Assembly (NCBI GenBank): GCA_965248355.1
Contig: OZ252098.1
Location: forward strand, 160,001-224,000
Reading direction: 5' to 3'
Length of the DNA stretch: 64,000 nt
Origin: Candidatus Latescibacterota bacterium
GTDB lineage: Bacteria; Latescibacterota; UBA2968; UBA8231
This document shows, in pieces, positions 1 through 9,512 of the stretch; positions within the stretch are counted from its first letter, which is position 1, and every line of letters starts with the position of its first letter. Both the position numbers and the translations under genes were made by a program. The notes beneath the pieces were generated by a model. It saw only the letters and a list, made by a program, of their open reading frames with translations. It did not search any database and was not told the DNA's origin.

Positions 1-861
1 TCCATCGAGCCTGTGGAGGCCCTGGACCTGAGCCTGGGGCGCTACCATGTCCGCGAGATGTGGGGACCGGGCGAGAACCGCGTCAACTACGCGCGCCTGA
101 ACTATCGGCGTACCCTCTTCCCCTATGCCTCGATCGACTTCTCCGACTTCCTCAAGCGGGTCCACGACGACATCGCCGACGATTCGCCCCAGTTCGGCTT
201 CTTCACGCCCCACGGGCTGCCGGTCGATCCCACCTCGATCGCGAGCGTCCGCGGTGTGACGGAGGTCGAAGACCCGCTGCTGATGAGGAACAGCGTCGTC
301 AACACGGCCCACCTCGACGCCACCTTCATCCGGGTGAAGGGCCTGGAGATCAACAGCCGCCTCAAGCACACGGTCAATCTCCAGCGTGCTTCCGTCCTTC
401 AGCCCGCCGACACGATCCAGGAATGGGCGTGGGTACTGCGCAGCGGCTACACCTGGAAGCGGGACCGGTGGACGGTCACGCCCAGGGCCAAGTACATGGC
501 CTACCGGCGCCGCGGCGGCGACGTGCAGGTCCATCCCGTTTCCGAACGCTACTTCTACCCCATGGTGGTGGCCACGGTGGCCCTGTCGCCCCAGACCAGC
601 CTGAGCGCGGGGGCCCAGGGTTTCCCGTTTCTGTCCAGCACCTACAGGAACCTGATCAACGACAAGGTCGACTACGGCAGCAGGGACTACATCGTCTCGA
701 TCACCAACCGCACCACGTACGAGGGCTACTACCTGACCCTGAACGCCGGATACCTCGCCAAGACGCTTCGATTCGAGGACAGGAGCCGGAAGCCGCTCGA
801 TATCGAGCGCTCGCTGCTCTATGTCCGGCTGCTGCTGGGACTGGAGCCCTTCGAAGGATGA
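1..861 (+). CDS. 5'-truncated putative outer-membrane beta-barrel protein (paralog of 858..3668 and 60771..63509)
   Basis: Frame is open from base 1. Amphipathic aromatic-rich strands. The C-terminal block (IVSITNRTTYEGYYLTLNAG...LYVRLLLGL) aligns with VVQLTNRSPYFGYNIATNLG...FLRVILGY of the next gene. Confidence 0.75.
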   Translation, partial: SIEPVEALDLSLGRYHVREMWGPGENRVNYARLNYRRTLFPYASIDFSDFLKRVHDDIADDSPQFGFFTPHGLPVDPTSIASVRGVTEVEDPLLMRNSVVNTAHLDATFIRVKGLEINSRLKHTVNLQRASVLQPADTIQEWAWVLRSGYTWKRDRWTVTPRAKYMAYRRRGGDVQVHPVSERYFYPMVVATVALSPQTSLSAGAQGFPFLSSTYRNLINDKVDYGSRDYIVSITNRTTYEGYYLTLNAGYLAKTLRFEDRSRKPLDIERSLLYVRLLLGLEPFEG

Positions 862-3668
862 GACGGGTGAGGCTTGCGGTCTGGACGCTGGTCTTCATGC
901 TGACCTGGGGGGACCCGGGTCGGGTGGGGGCCGAGGAGCCGCATCTGGGGTTCGCGCAGGACGTCTCCGGCCGCTCCTTCCTCTACCGGTCGGATCCCTC
1001 CTACCTGAACTACGGTTTCGAGGACTACGCGCTGCCGGAGTTCACGCGGTTCTCGCGGCGCAACTACTACGGTCCCCTGGGCAACTTCCTGATCCAGGGC
1101 TACGACGTGTACGAGTGGCGGGAGACGCGGTCGTCGGCGACGTCGGCATTGCCCAAGTCCTTCCGCACGATCCCCCGTTTCTCGCGCTTCGAGCGCAACC
1201 TGGTGGCCCGGGAGTCGCACGCGCGGTGGGCGGCGAGCCTGATCTACGGGGAGGAGATCCGCACGATGTTCACGCCGCTGACGCTGGCCTTGGCGGGGTA
1301 CGACGGCATCCGCCTGGACAGCCAGGTGGGCAACACGCGGGTGGCGGTCATCGGCCAGCGCTACACCGGGCCCTTCGCCGACAGCCGCTACGGCGGCGGT
1401 CCCACCTGGCACCACTGGGACTCCGCCGAAGAGATCCGCAGCTCGGCGATGCTTCTGGGGGCCCACGGCGATGTCGAGCTGGGGGCGCTGACCCTGGGGG
1501 CGACGGGGGTGAACTTCCACATCTTCGACGCGGAGCAGGAGCGCTTCGTTCTGCGCGGGGGGCTGCAGGCCGAGCAGGTGCTGCCGGTGGCCTACCTGGT
1601 GCGGTTCTCCGACGATACGCCGGAGGACCTGCAGGCCGGCGCCGTGGTCTCCGAGGTCCGTCTGAAGGTCAACGGGGAGGATCGGCCGGACCTGCGGCCG
1701 TTCCTGGCCCGGATCAACGGCCAGAACCCCACGGCGGTGGGCTCCACCAACCGGCTCACGGGTCAGTTCCGGCGCGTGGTCTACCTGGATCGGGGCACGC
1801 GCTTCGCGGACGTGCTCTACCTGCGCGATCACCTGCAGGGGGAGGACGTGTCGGAGAAGGTCAACCTGGAGGAGCTGCTGCGCTGGGTGGAGGCCCTGCC
1901 GGACGTTCCGGGGCTGCGGGCCGACGGCCACGAGCAGATCATCGCCGTCTTCGACGTGAGCCAGGAGCCCTTCATCCGCCAGGTGCAGGTGGAGGCGCTG
2001 GTGGGCAACGACTACCGGGTCGAGGTGCTGCCCCTCTTCGTCTCGGCCCCGGCGGTGGAGAACTACGAGTTCTACTACCGCGTCGGCGGCAATACCCTGG
2101 TGTCCACGAGCGGCTACCTGGAGAGAAAGGAGACGCCGGGCATCACCGCCGTCCGCCGGTCCCGGGGCAACGTGCAGGACATGTCGAACCTGGAGTGGGT
2201 GCGTCTGGATCTGGGGGAGTGGACGGGCCGGGCCCTGTGGGGTCTCGACGGGGCCTGGGAGTGGGGCGACGCCGAGGTGCGCTGGGAATACGCCCGCAAC
2301 GTGGAGTATCGGGAGTTTCCCGACGGCCGGCCGGGGCACCGCCAGGACCGGGAGGTCCGGGGGATCCGCCGCTGGAACGGGGCGCGCAGCAGCACGGGGG
2401 CGGGGGCCTGGTACGTGAACGGGCAGTGGCGCCGGGGCCGGATGGAGGTGGGCGGCGAGCTGTTCTCCATCGCCGAGGAGTACGACAGCGGCTTCGTGCA
2501 GGACAACGACGACGACGACCGCTATCCCGACATCGGCCACGGCCATCGGCCGAGTCCCCACTACACCACGATCCCCTACGACCCGGACGGGGTGTTTCCG
2601 GGCAACGACCGGGACAACGACCGGATTCCGGATACCAACCGCAACGGCAACCAGGTGCCCGACTACCTGGAAGCGTTCCTGCTGTACGACGTGGAGTCGG
2701 AGGCGTATGCCTATGGACGGGACGCCAACAACAACGGGATCCCCGACCACCGCGAGGACGACCTGGCTTCGGACTACCCCTACGAGCTGGACCAGCGCGG
2801 GCACCACCTCTTCGGGACGCTGCATCTGCCGGGCGGCTTCCGTCTCACGGCGGGCCGTCTGCAGGCCGGGGGGATCGTCGGCGGCGGCCGCAACGAGAGC
2901 ACCTACGGCGTGGCCAGCTTCCGCCGCCACAGCCCCCGGTGGGGCTCGGTCCGGGCGGAGACCCGCCTCCAGCGGCTCCATGATGACATCGTCGACAACT
3001 ACATCACCTACGGCGAGGTCCTGGGCGGGCACGAGTTCTGGCCCACCTACGCCCCCACCAGGGTGACGGATCAGTTGGAGTATCGCGACAGCCTGGACCG
3101 GCAGCACTACGTCGAGGCCGACCTCACCGCCGCCGGCGGTCTGCGCCTCGGCGGCAACCTGCGCTATGCGGTCAACGAGCAGCAGGAGGCGACCCTGGCC
3201 GGCGGCAGCGACCAGGCCGCCGACACCATCACCCGGCTGACGATGGTGGTCCGGGCCGAGTACGTGCGGGAGCTGTCGGACCGGTGGCAGCTGATCGCCC
3301 AGACCAAGGGGCTGGTGCTGCGCCGGACCCGGCAGAGCCTGGCCGTGGACCTGGCCAACGAGTGGACCTTCATACCGATCCTCAAGACGTCGTATCACAT
3401 CACGCCGCGTACCCACCTGTGGCTCGGCACCCAGGGGCTGCCGGGCCTGCCCCTGCGCAAGGAGGACCTGGCCGACGGCCGCGACAGCTACGAGGAGGTG
3501 GTGCGGGTGGTGCAGCTGACGAACCGGTCTCCCTACTTCGGGTACAACATCGCCACCAACCTGGGGGTGAAGTGGAACCGGCGCCACTTCGGCGATCCCG
3601 CCCGGCAGAGGAACGACCTCGAAATCACCTCCGCCTTCCTGCGCGTCATCCTGGGCTACGATGGGTGA
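858..3668 (+). CDS. Large secreted/outer-membrane protein (936 aa), unknown family, Asp-rich insert and beta-strand-rich C-terminus
   Basis: ATGA overlap with the upstream stop. Signal peptide MRRVRLAVWTLVFMLTWG. DNDDDDRYPD/DRDNDRIPD/DANNNGIPD repeats. The ORF-track start at 60 is a shadow extension. Confidence 0.8.
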   Translation: MRRVRLAVWTLVFMLTWGDPGRVGAEEPHLGFAQDVSGRSFLYRSDPSYLNYGFEDYALPEFTRFSRRNYYGPLGNFLIQGYDVYEWRETRSSATSALPKSFRTIPRFSRFERNLVARESHARWAASLIYGEEIRTMFTPLTLALAGYDGIRLDSQVGNTRVAVIGQRYTGPFADSRYGGGPTWHHWDSAEEIRSSAMLLGAHGDVELGALTLGATGVNFHIFDAEQERFVLRGGLQAEQVLPVAYLVRFSDDTPEDLQAGAVVSEVRLKVNGEDRPDLRPFLARINGQNPTAVGSTNRLTGQFRRVVYLDRGTRFADVLYLRDHLQGEDVSEKVNLEELLRWVEALPDVPGLRADGHEQIIAVFDVSQEPFIRQVQVEALVGNDYRVEVLPLFVSAPAVENYEFYYRVGGNTLVSTSGYLERKETPGITAVRRSRGNVQDMSNLEWVRLDLGEWTGRALWGLDGAWEWGDAEVRWEYARNVEYREFPDGRPGHRQDREVRGIRRWNGARSSTGAGAWYVNGQWRRGRMEVGGELFSIAEEYDSGFVQDNDDDDRYPDIGHGHRPSPHYTTIPYDPDGVFPGNDRDNDRIPDTNRNGNQVPDYLEAFLLYDVESEAYAYGRDANNNGIPDHREDDLASDYPYELDQRGHHLFGTLHLPGGFRLTAGRLQAGGIVGGGRNESTYGVASFRRHSPRWGSVRAETRLQRLHDDIVDNYITYGEVLGGHEFWPTYAPTRVTDQLEYRDSLDRQHYVEADLTAAGGLRLGGNLRYAVNEQQEATLAGGSDQAADTITRLTMVVRAEYVRELSDRWQLIAQTKGLVLRRTRQSLAVDLANEWTFIPILKTSYHITPRTHLWLGTQGLPGLPLRKEDLADGRDSYEEVVRVVQLTNRSPYFGYNIATNLGVKWNRRHFGDPARQRNDLEITSAFLRVILGYDG

Positions 3669-3747
3669 GATCTTCCTCCCGGTGGCGACAGGGCGGGCCG
3701 CAGCGGGGCGGCGCGTCTCAACCGCACGCAGTCCGAGGTAACAGCCC

Positions 3748-6700
3748 ATGGTTGCGTTGATCACCCTGGTAGGCCTGACGGCGATGATCGCCGTCACCCG
3801 GTCGGTGCCCACGGCTCCGGAGATGCAGGCGACCTTCGCCGACGCGCAGAAGTTCTACGCCTCGGGAGCCTACGACCAGGCGATCGAGGGCTATCGGCAC
3901 ATCATCCGGAGCGAGAGCCGTTTCCTGCAGATGAGGGACGTGGAGGTGACCGTCGGCGAGATCACGGCGCCGCTGCAGGAGGTGGCCCGGTACCAGACGG
4001 GCAATGCGTACTTCAAGTCCGCCGAAGAGGCCCTCGCCAGTGCGGCCAGGAGCCGCGACCCGGCACGGCGCTCCCGCTACCAGGACCGTGCCAGGTCGCT
4101 CTTCGGCGAGGCGGCCGCCGCCTTCGTGGAGACCGAGGACCTGTCGACCGTTCCCGTCCTGAAGGCCCTGGCACGCAGCCGCGCGGTGGCTTGCTGGTAC
4201 GCGATCCAGGACTACGGCCGCACCATCGAGGGGGCCAGCCTGCTCATCGAGCGCTATCCCTCCAGCGCCTATGTCGAGCAAGCCATGTACGATGTGGGCT
4301 GGGCCTACTATGACATGGAGGACTATGTCAACAGCATAACGTCCTTCGAGCGTCTCGTTGAGCGCTTTCCCGGCGGCTACCGCGGCAGCCGGGCCCTGTT
4401 CCAGATCGGCGAAGCCCACTTCGCGCTGGAGAACTTCGAAGAAGCCATCCCCTTCTACCAGCGGCTGGTCGACTCTCAGCGCATCGAGGAGATGTCGGAA
4501 CGCGAGATCCTGCTGATGAAGCGGCAGAAGATCGCCGGCCTCGTGGATGAGACGGCTCTCGACCTGGCGGCCAAGGCCCTCATCCGCGTCGGGGAGTGCC
4601 ACGAGAAGACGGGGCAGTATGCGCAGGCCGAGGAGGCCTTCCAGCTGGTGGCCTCCCGCTTTGCCGACGAGCAGCGGCTGGCCGAAGAGGCGTACTTGCG
4701 CCAGGCGGACATGCACTACCGGCGGGGGGATTTCGCTGCCGTGGTCGCCGTGTACGACCAGGCCATCGAGGCGACCGACGATGCGGTGCAGAAGGCGCGC
4801 ATGCAGCTCCTGCTGGCCAACCGCTACTTCGAGACCGAGCACTACGAGGAGGCGGTGCGTGCGTACGAGGTGTACCGGGCCAGCTACGAGGCCGCGGCCA
4901 CCCAGGCCGGCCTCCCGGTGGAGGGCGTGGCGCTGCAGATCGCCCGGGCCTGGTTCCGGGTGGCGGAGAAGCATCCGGAAGAGGAGCGTCTGGACTACTA
5001 TCGCCGGGCGGAGAGCGAGTTGCGCGCCACGCTGGCGGCGTATCCGGGATCACCCTACGACGTGGAGTTGCGGTTCAACCTGGGGCTGGCCCTTCAGTTG
5101 CAGGACCAGCAGGACAAGATGGACGAGGCCCTGGCCTTCCTGCGCAGCGTGGCCGAAGCCCCCAACGCCGAGGGGTACCGCCAGAGCGCCCTCTTCCAGA
5201 TCGCCCGGATCCACCATGGCCGCGGCGCCCACGCCAGGGCGGCCGAGACCTATCGCACGGTGATCGAAGAGCTGGAGGACAAGCCGGAACAGGATGTGGC
5301 CCGCTTCGAGCTGGGGATCGCGGAGAAGGACGCGGGAAACCGGGAGCGGGCCCTGACGGAGCTCCTGGCGGTCCGAAGGGAAGCGGCGCTGTTCGCCAGA
5401 TCACGCCTGGAGGCCGGGCAGCTCCTGGTGCAGCACGGAGAGCACCGCCGGGCGGCGGCGGTGCTGCAGGACGGCCTGGAGGCGAAGGACCCGCCGGAGA
5501 GGCAGGCTCTCCACTACCTGCTGGCCTCCGCCTCCATGCAGCTGGGAGAGAACGAGAACGCCCTGACGCACTTCGCCGCCGTCATCGACCAGGGCGAGCC
5601 CGACCTGCGGGAACGGGCGGCCTACAGCCGCGGCTCCCTGCTCTTCCGCCTGAAGCGATACGGTGAGGCCGTCGAGGATCTGGCCTGGGACTGGAGCGCC
5701 CCGGCGCTGGCCACTTCGGCCCGGCGCCTCCTGGCGGCAGCCTACGCCAACCTCGGCCAGTTCGACCGCGCCCAGGACATCTACCGGCAGATGGCGCACG
5801 CGGCGACCGGCCCCCTCGAACGCGCGGAGCACCTGCTGGCGGAGGCGGAGATCGCCAACCGGCAGGGCCGCTACGCCGAGGCCTTCGCCGCCTGCGAGGA
5901 GATCATCGGGCTGGATTGGAAGGAGGACTCCCTCCCGGAGGAACGGCCGTACCACCTGCGCGAGAAGGCCTGGTTCCTGCAGGCGGAGTCTGCGGTGCGA
6001 ACAGAGGACTTCACGCGGGCCTTCGACCGGGCCGACGCGGGTCTGCGGGCCTTCCCGACGGGCTTCTACGCCGCCGACCTCCTGTTCCTGCGCGGCCTGG
6101 CGGCCCTCCAGACCGACCGGGCCGACCTGGCCGTCCCCAGCCTCGGCCGGATGATCTCCGAACACCCCGACCATCCCAACGCCGGGTACGCGCACTACTA
6201 CCTGGCCTACGCGCACTTCAACAAGGCCCGCTTCAGCAAGGCCGTCCCCTTCTTCCAAAGGGTGGTGGACCAGTACCCGGATCTGGATGTGGCCGCCGAT
6301 GCCCTCTTCCGTCTGGCCGAGTGCCGCTACAACTCGGGGGCTTACGCCGAGGCCAGAGAGACCTACCGGCGGGTGATCCGGCGCTTCCCCGACACCGGGC
6401 TGGCCGAGGACGCCCTCTACAACATCGCCTGGTGCCTGCTCAACGAGGCGCCTGCGGAACCTTCGGCGGAGCACCAGGCCGCGGTGCGACAGGCCATGGA
6501 GGAATACCTGACCCGCTATCCCGGGGGACGCCGCGTTCCCACGGCCAGGTATACCTTGGCCGAGATGAGCTACAACGCCGGCGACTACGACCAGGCCTAC
6601 GGGTTGTTCCAGGGACTCCAGGCCGACTTCCCGGAATCCGAGGCGGCCCGGGAAGCCGAGGGGGTGATTCTGGACCTGCAGGAGGCCGTCGCCTTTCGGG

Positions 6701-6999
6701 AGTACAGCGGCGCCATGGAGGCCTTCAACCGGGCCCTGGCGGAAGACGACCTCGACTTGGTCCGTGAGGCCATCGGGCCCCTCGAAGCCGTGTGGCGGCA
6801 GTACCCGATGACCTCCAGCGGCCTGGCGGCGAAGATGAACGTGGGGGTTGGCTATCAGCAGCTGAGGGAATGGCGGAAGGCCGTGGATGCCTTCAGCGAT
6901 GTCATCGCCCAGGGAGAACAGGGCAACGTCCAGGTGACGATCCGGATGATGGAGTTCTGTCAAGGGCGTCGTCACACCATCGAGAGGAAGCACCTGTGA
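3748..6999 (+). CDS. Large tetratricopeptide-repeat protein (1083 aa) with BamD/YbgF-like TPRs and N-terminal signal/TM
   Basis: GAGG upstream of ATG. Repeated 'YP.S....ALF.IG..Y' TPR units (RFPGGYRGSRALFQIGEAHF, QYPDLDVAADALFRLAECRY). Confidence 0.9.
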   Translation: MVALITLVGLTAMIAVTRSVPTAPEMQATFADAQKFYASGAYDQAIEGYRHIIRSESRFLQMRDVEVTVGEITAPLQEVARYQTGNAYFKSAEEALASAARSRDPARRSRYQDRARSLFGEAAAAFVETEDLSTVPVLKALARSRAVACWYAIQDYGRTIEGASLLIERYPSSAYVEQAMYDVGWAYYDMEDYVNSITSFERLVERFPGGYRGSRALFQIGEAHFALENFEEAIPFYQRLVDSQRIEEMSEREILLMKRQKIAGLVDETALDLAAKALIRVGECHEKTGQYAQAEEAFQLVASRFADEQRLAEEAYLRQADMHYRRGDFAAVVAVYDQAIEATDDAVQKARMQLLLANRYFETEHYEEAVRAYEVYRASYEAAATQAGLPVEGVALQIARAWFRVAEKHPEEERLDYYRRAESELRATLAAYPGSPYDVELRFNLGLALQLQDQQDKMDEALAFLRSVAEAPNAEGYRQSALFQIARIHHGRGAHARAAETYRTVIEELEDKPEQDVARFELGIAEKDAGNRERALTELLAVRREAALFARSRLEAGQLLVQHGEHRRAAAVLQDGLEAKDPPERQALHYLLASASMQLGENENALTHFAAVIDQGEPDLRERAAYSRGSLLFRLKRYGEAVEDLAWDWSAPALATSARRLLAAAYANLGQFDRAQDIYRQMAHAATGPLERAEHLLAEAEIANRQGRYAEAFAACEEIIGLDWKEDSLPEERPYHLREKAWFLQAESAVRTEDFTRAFDRADAGLRAFPTGFYAADLLFLRGLAALQTDRADLAVPSLGRMISEHPDHPNAGYAHYYLAYAHFNKARFSKAVPFFQRVVDQYPDLDVAADALFRLAECRYNSGAYAEARETYRRVIRRFPDTGLAEDALYNIAWCLLNEAPAEPSAEHQAAVRQAMEEYLTRYPGGRRVPTARYTLAEMSYNAGDYDQAYGLFQGLQADFPESEAAREAEGVILDLQEAVAFREYSGAMEAFNRALAEDDLDLVREAIGPLEAVWRQYPMTSSGLAAKMNVGVGYQQLREWRKAVDAFSDVIAQGEQGNVQVTIRMMEFCQGRRHTIERKHL

Positions 7000-8228
7000 G
7001 CCCTCGGCAGAGCGGGTCCCTGACGGTCCTGTCGCGCAATCGGCGCCTCTTCCATGCCGGTCTGGCGGCCTCGGTGGCGCTCCACGCGCTGGCCCTCTCG
7101 CTCTACCTGTTGCCCCAGGTAGAGGAAGAGGAGGAGGTGGTGGCCCGCATCGAGTGGGACGAGGAGAAGACCCCCTTCTTCCTGCCAGAGCCGCAGCTGA
7201 CGCGCGAGTTCGCCTTCAGGAAGGAGGCCGTTCCCGAGGGCATCCCCGTCGTTCGCTCCAGCGGCGACCGCACGACAACCACGGTCAGGGGGCGGCGCAT
7301 GGTGGGCGGAGCGGGCATGCCGGTGGGCACGCGCATGTGGAGCAGGACGGGGGGAAGCGCGGAGTTCACGGTTGCCACGGGCACTGGCCTGGGCGACGCC
7401 GTGGTGGCCATGCCGCGGTTCGAGGCGGTCAGCATCGCCAGCATGAAGGAGCCCGAGAGACGGATCGACATGCAGGCGGAGTTCCTGGACCTGTCGGCCA
7501 TCAACACCGGCCGGTACAAGGGGATGGTGATCCAGGACCCAACGGACAAGACCAACGTCACCGGCTTCGTCTACCTGGCGCGCGCCTGGGGGACCATCCT
7601 CGAGCCGTCGCGGCCCCGGGCGCTGCTCCAGCTGGCCCGCTGGATCAACAACTGGACCCGGATCGAGGCCAAGGTGGACGAGCAGATGTACCTCGACTCC
7701 CAGGCCCTTTTCAAGGCGCCCTTCGTGTACATCACTACCGGGTCGGCCTTCGAGCTGACCAAGCACGAGGCGGCCAACCTGGGGAAGTACCTGCGCAACG
7801 GCGGCTTCGTGCTGGCGGACAACGACGCTCCGCGCCTGGAATACGGACCTGCCGAGGCCTCGATCAAGGCCATGTTCAAGCAGGCCCTGGGGCGGGATGC
7901 CCGCTTGGTACCGTTGCGAAACGACAACCCCATCTACCGCGTCTTCTTCGATTTCGACGGCGGCCCCCCCCTGGGCGGGGAGGTGCTCAACACGTCCAAC
8001 CAATACGCGGCTACCCGCCGACCTTCCTACTGGCTGGAGGGCATCTACCTCCGGGACCGGCTGGTGGCCGTCTACTCGGACAAGGGCTACGGAGCGCTCT
8101 GGGAACGGGAGACGGAGAATGAGCCCCAGCTGAAGCTCGGCGTCAACCTGGTGGTCTTCGCCCTCACCCAGAAGGGCTCCATCGCGCAGCAGCAGATCGA
8201 CTTCTACAACCAGGCCGGCCGCCAATGA
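6996..8228 (+). CDS. DUF4159-domain protein with N-terminal TonB-like TM anchor
   Basis: GTGA overlap at 6996-6999. TM AASVALHALALSLYLL. C-terminal PFVYITTGSAFELT...LGKYLRNGGFVLADN...LKLGVNLVVFALT is typical of DUF4159. Confidence 0.75.
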   Translation: MSPRQSGSLTVLSRNRRLFHAGLAASVALHALALSLYLLPQVEEEEEVVARIEWDEEKTPFFLPEPQLTREFAFRKEAVPEGIPVVRSSGDRTTTTVRGRRMVGGAGMPVGTRMWSRTGGSAEFTVATGTGLGDAVVAMPRFEAVSIASMKEPERRIDMQAEFLDLSAINTGRYKGMVIQDPTDKTNVTGFVYLARAWGTILEPSRPRALLQLARWINNWTRIEAKVDEQMYLDSQALFKAPFVYITTGSAFELTKHEAANLGKYLRNGGFVLADNDAPRLEYGPAEASIKAMFKQALGRDARLVPLRNDNPIYRVFFDFDGGPPLGGEVLNTSNQYAATRRPSYWLEGIYLRDRLVAVYSDKGYGALWERETENEPQLKLGVNLVVFALTQKGSIAQQQIDFYNQAGRQ

Positions 8229-8262
8229 CCCGGCCTCCTCGAAGGGGGGTGCTCCAACGACC

Positions 8263-9510
8263 ATGAGACACTTCTGCCGAAGCCTCCCGGCGCCACTTCT
8301 GGCCGTCCTCGTGCCGGCCCTTCTCAGTTGCAGCGTCATCTACCCGCCGATCTATCAGCGTACCTCCTCGCTCACTCCACGTGGGGACCAGGGAGACAGC
8401 TACTCGGTCGGAGAGGGGAGCACCGTCTCCTATGGGCTGGAGGGCCTGCGGATCGACGTCGAGCACATGACCGACAAGGAGTTGAACGACCTCTTCCCGG
8501 CCGAGTCCGGCCTGGGCGAGTACTCGACGAATCCCTACACCCATGGCGACTACATCGACCCGGCCGTCGGCTACGTGCGCAACCGGTTCACCGTCTTCCG
8601 GGTCACCGTGCACAACTACTCCTTCGCCAAGGTCGAGCTGCAGCCGCTGCGATCGTTCCTGACCACCGACCGGCCCGGAGAGCTCCTCGAGCCGTACGGT
8701 GTCCTGGCCGGTTCGTCGCCGAGGAACTTCGAGTCCTACTACCGGAGTCTGAGGGGACCCAGCGGCAACGAGTACTACCGATTCAACATGCGCATGGGTC
8801 TCGTGCGGACCAACAACTACGGCGTAGGGGAGCGGATCTTCCGGGGCGAGGAATACGGGGGATTCGTCGTCTTCGATCCACTGGACTCCGAGGTCGAGCG
8901 GGTCCGGTTCAACCTGAGGGACTTCGTCCTCAAGTTCAACACCTTCGGCAAGCCGCTGGAGACGATCGACATCGGTTTCGACTTCGACCGTCAGATCGAG
9001 GTGGCGGCCTACCAGGAGCAGCGGAGGGTCGCCTCCAGGGAGGTGTCGCGCGCCGACCTGAGGCCGGGCACCCGGGTGATCGGGAACGTCACGGGGGACA
9101 TCACGCGGGACGTGACCGCCGTCGAGGCCCACATCAAGTCCCGCCTGGACGAACTCAACCAGTGCTTTGCGCGGGAGTCCATTGCCGGCCGGGCCTCCGA
9201 AGGGGAGGTCTCGGTCAGGTTCGTCATCCTGCCTCCCGGGGGGGTCGAGGAGGCGAAGGTGCTCTCCTCGACGGTGGTCAGCGGGGCCGTGGGCGAGTGC
9301 ATCGCGGCCCGGATCGGCGGTTGGCGCTTCCGCCCCTCGGGCGGCCCCATGAGGGGAGAGGGCGCTGCGGCAGACACGGCGGAGGCGGGCCAGCCCGGTG
9401 GCCGGCCGGCGCCGGGTCTGGTCTCGCAGGTCATGCAGGGGCTGTCCGCGCGAGTGACGGTGGACTGCACCCTCGAATTCATCGACACACGCTCCGAGAC
9501 CGCGTTCTGA
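8263..9510 (+). CDS. Lipoprotein with C-terminal TonB-C/AgmX-PglI-like domain
   Basis: Lipobox ALLSC. C-terminal ELNQCF...EGEVSVRFVILPPGGVEEAKVLSS...VGECIAARIGGWRF. Confidence 0.7.
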   Translation: MRHFCRSLPAPLLAVLVPALLSCSVIYPPIYQRTSSLTPRGDQGDSYSVGEGSTVSYGLEGLRIDVEHMTDKELNDLFPAESGLGEYSTNPYTHGDYIDPAVGYVRNRFTVFRVTVHNYSFAKVELQPLRSFLTTDRPGELLEPYGVLAGSSPRNFESYYRSLRGPSGNEYYRFNMRMGLVRTNNYGVGERIFRGEEYGGFVVFDPLDSEVERVRFNLRDFVLKFNTFGKPLETIDIGFDFDRQIEVAAYQEQRRVASREVSRADLRPGTRVIGNVTGDITRDVTAVEAHIKSRLDELNQCFARESIAGRASEGEVSVRFVILPPGGVEEAKVLSSTVVSGAVGECIAARIGGWRFRPSGGPMRGEGAAADTAEAGQPGGRPAPGLVSQVMQGLSARVTVDCTLEFIDTRSETAF

Positions 9511-9512
9511 CC

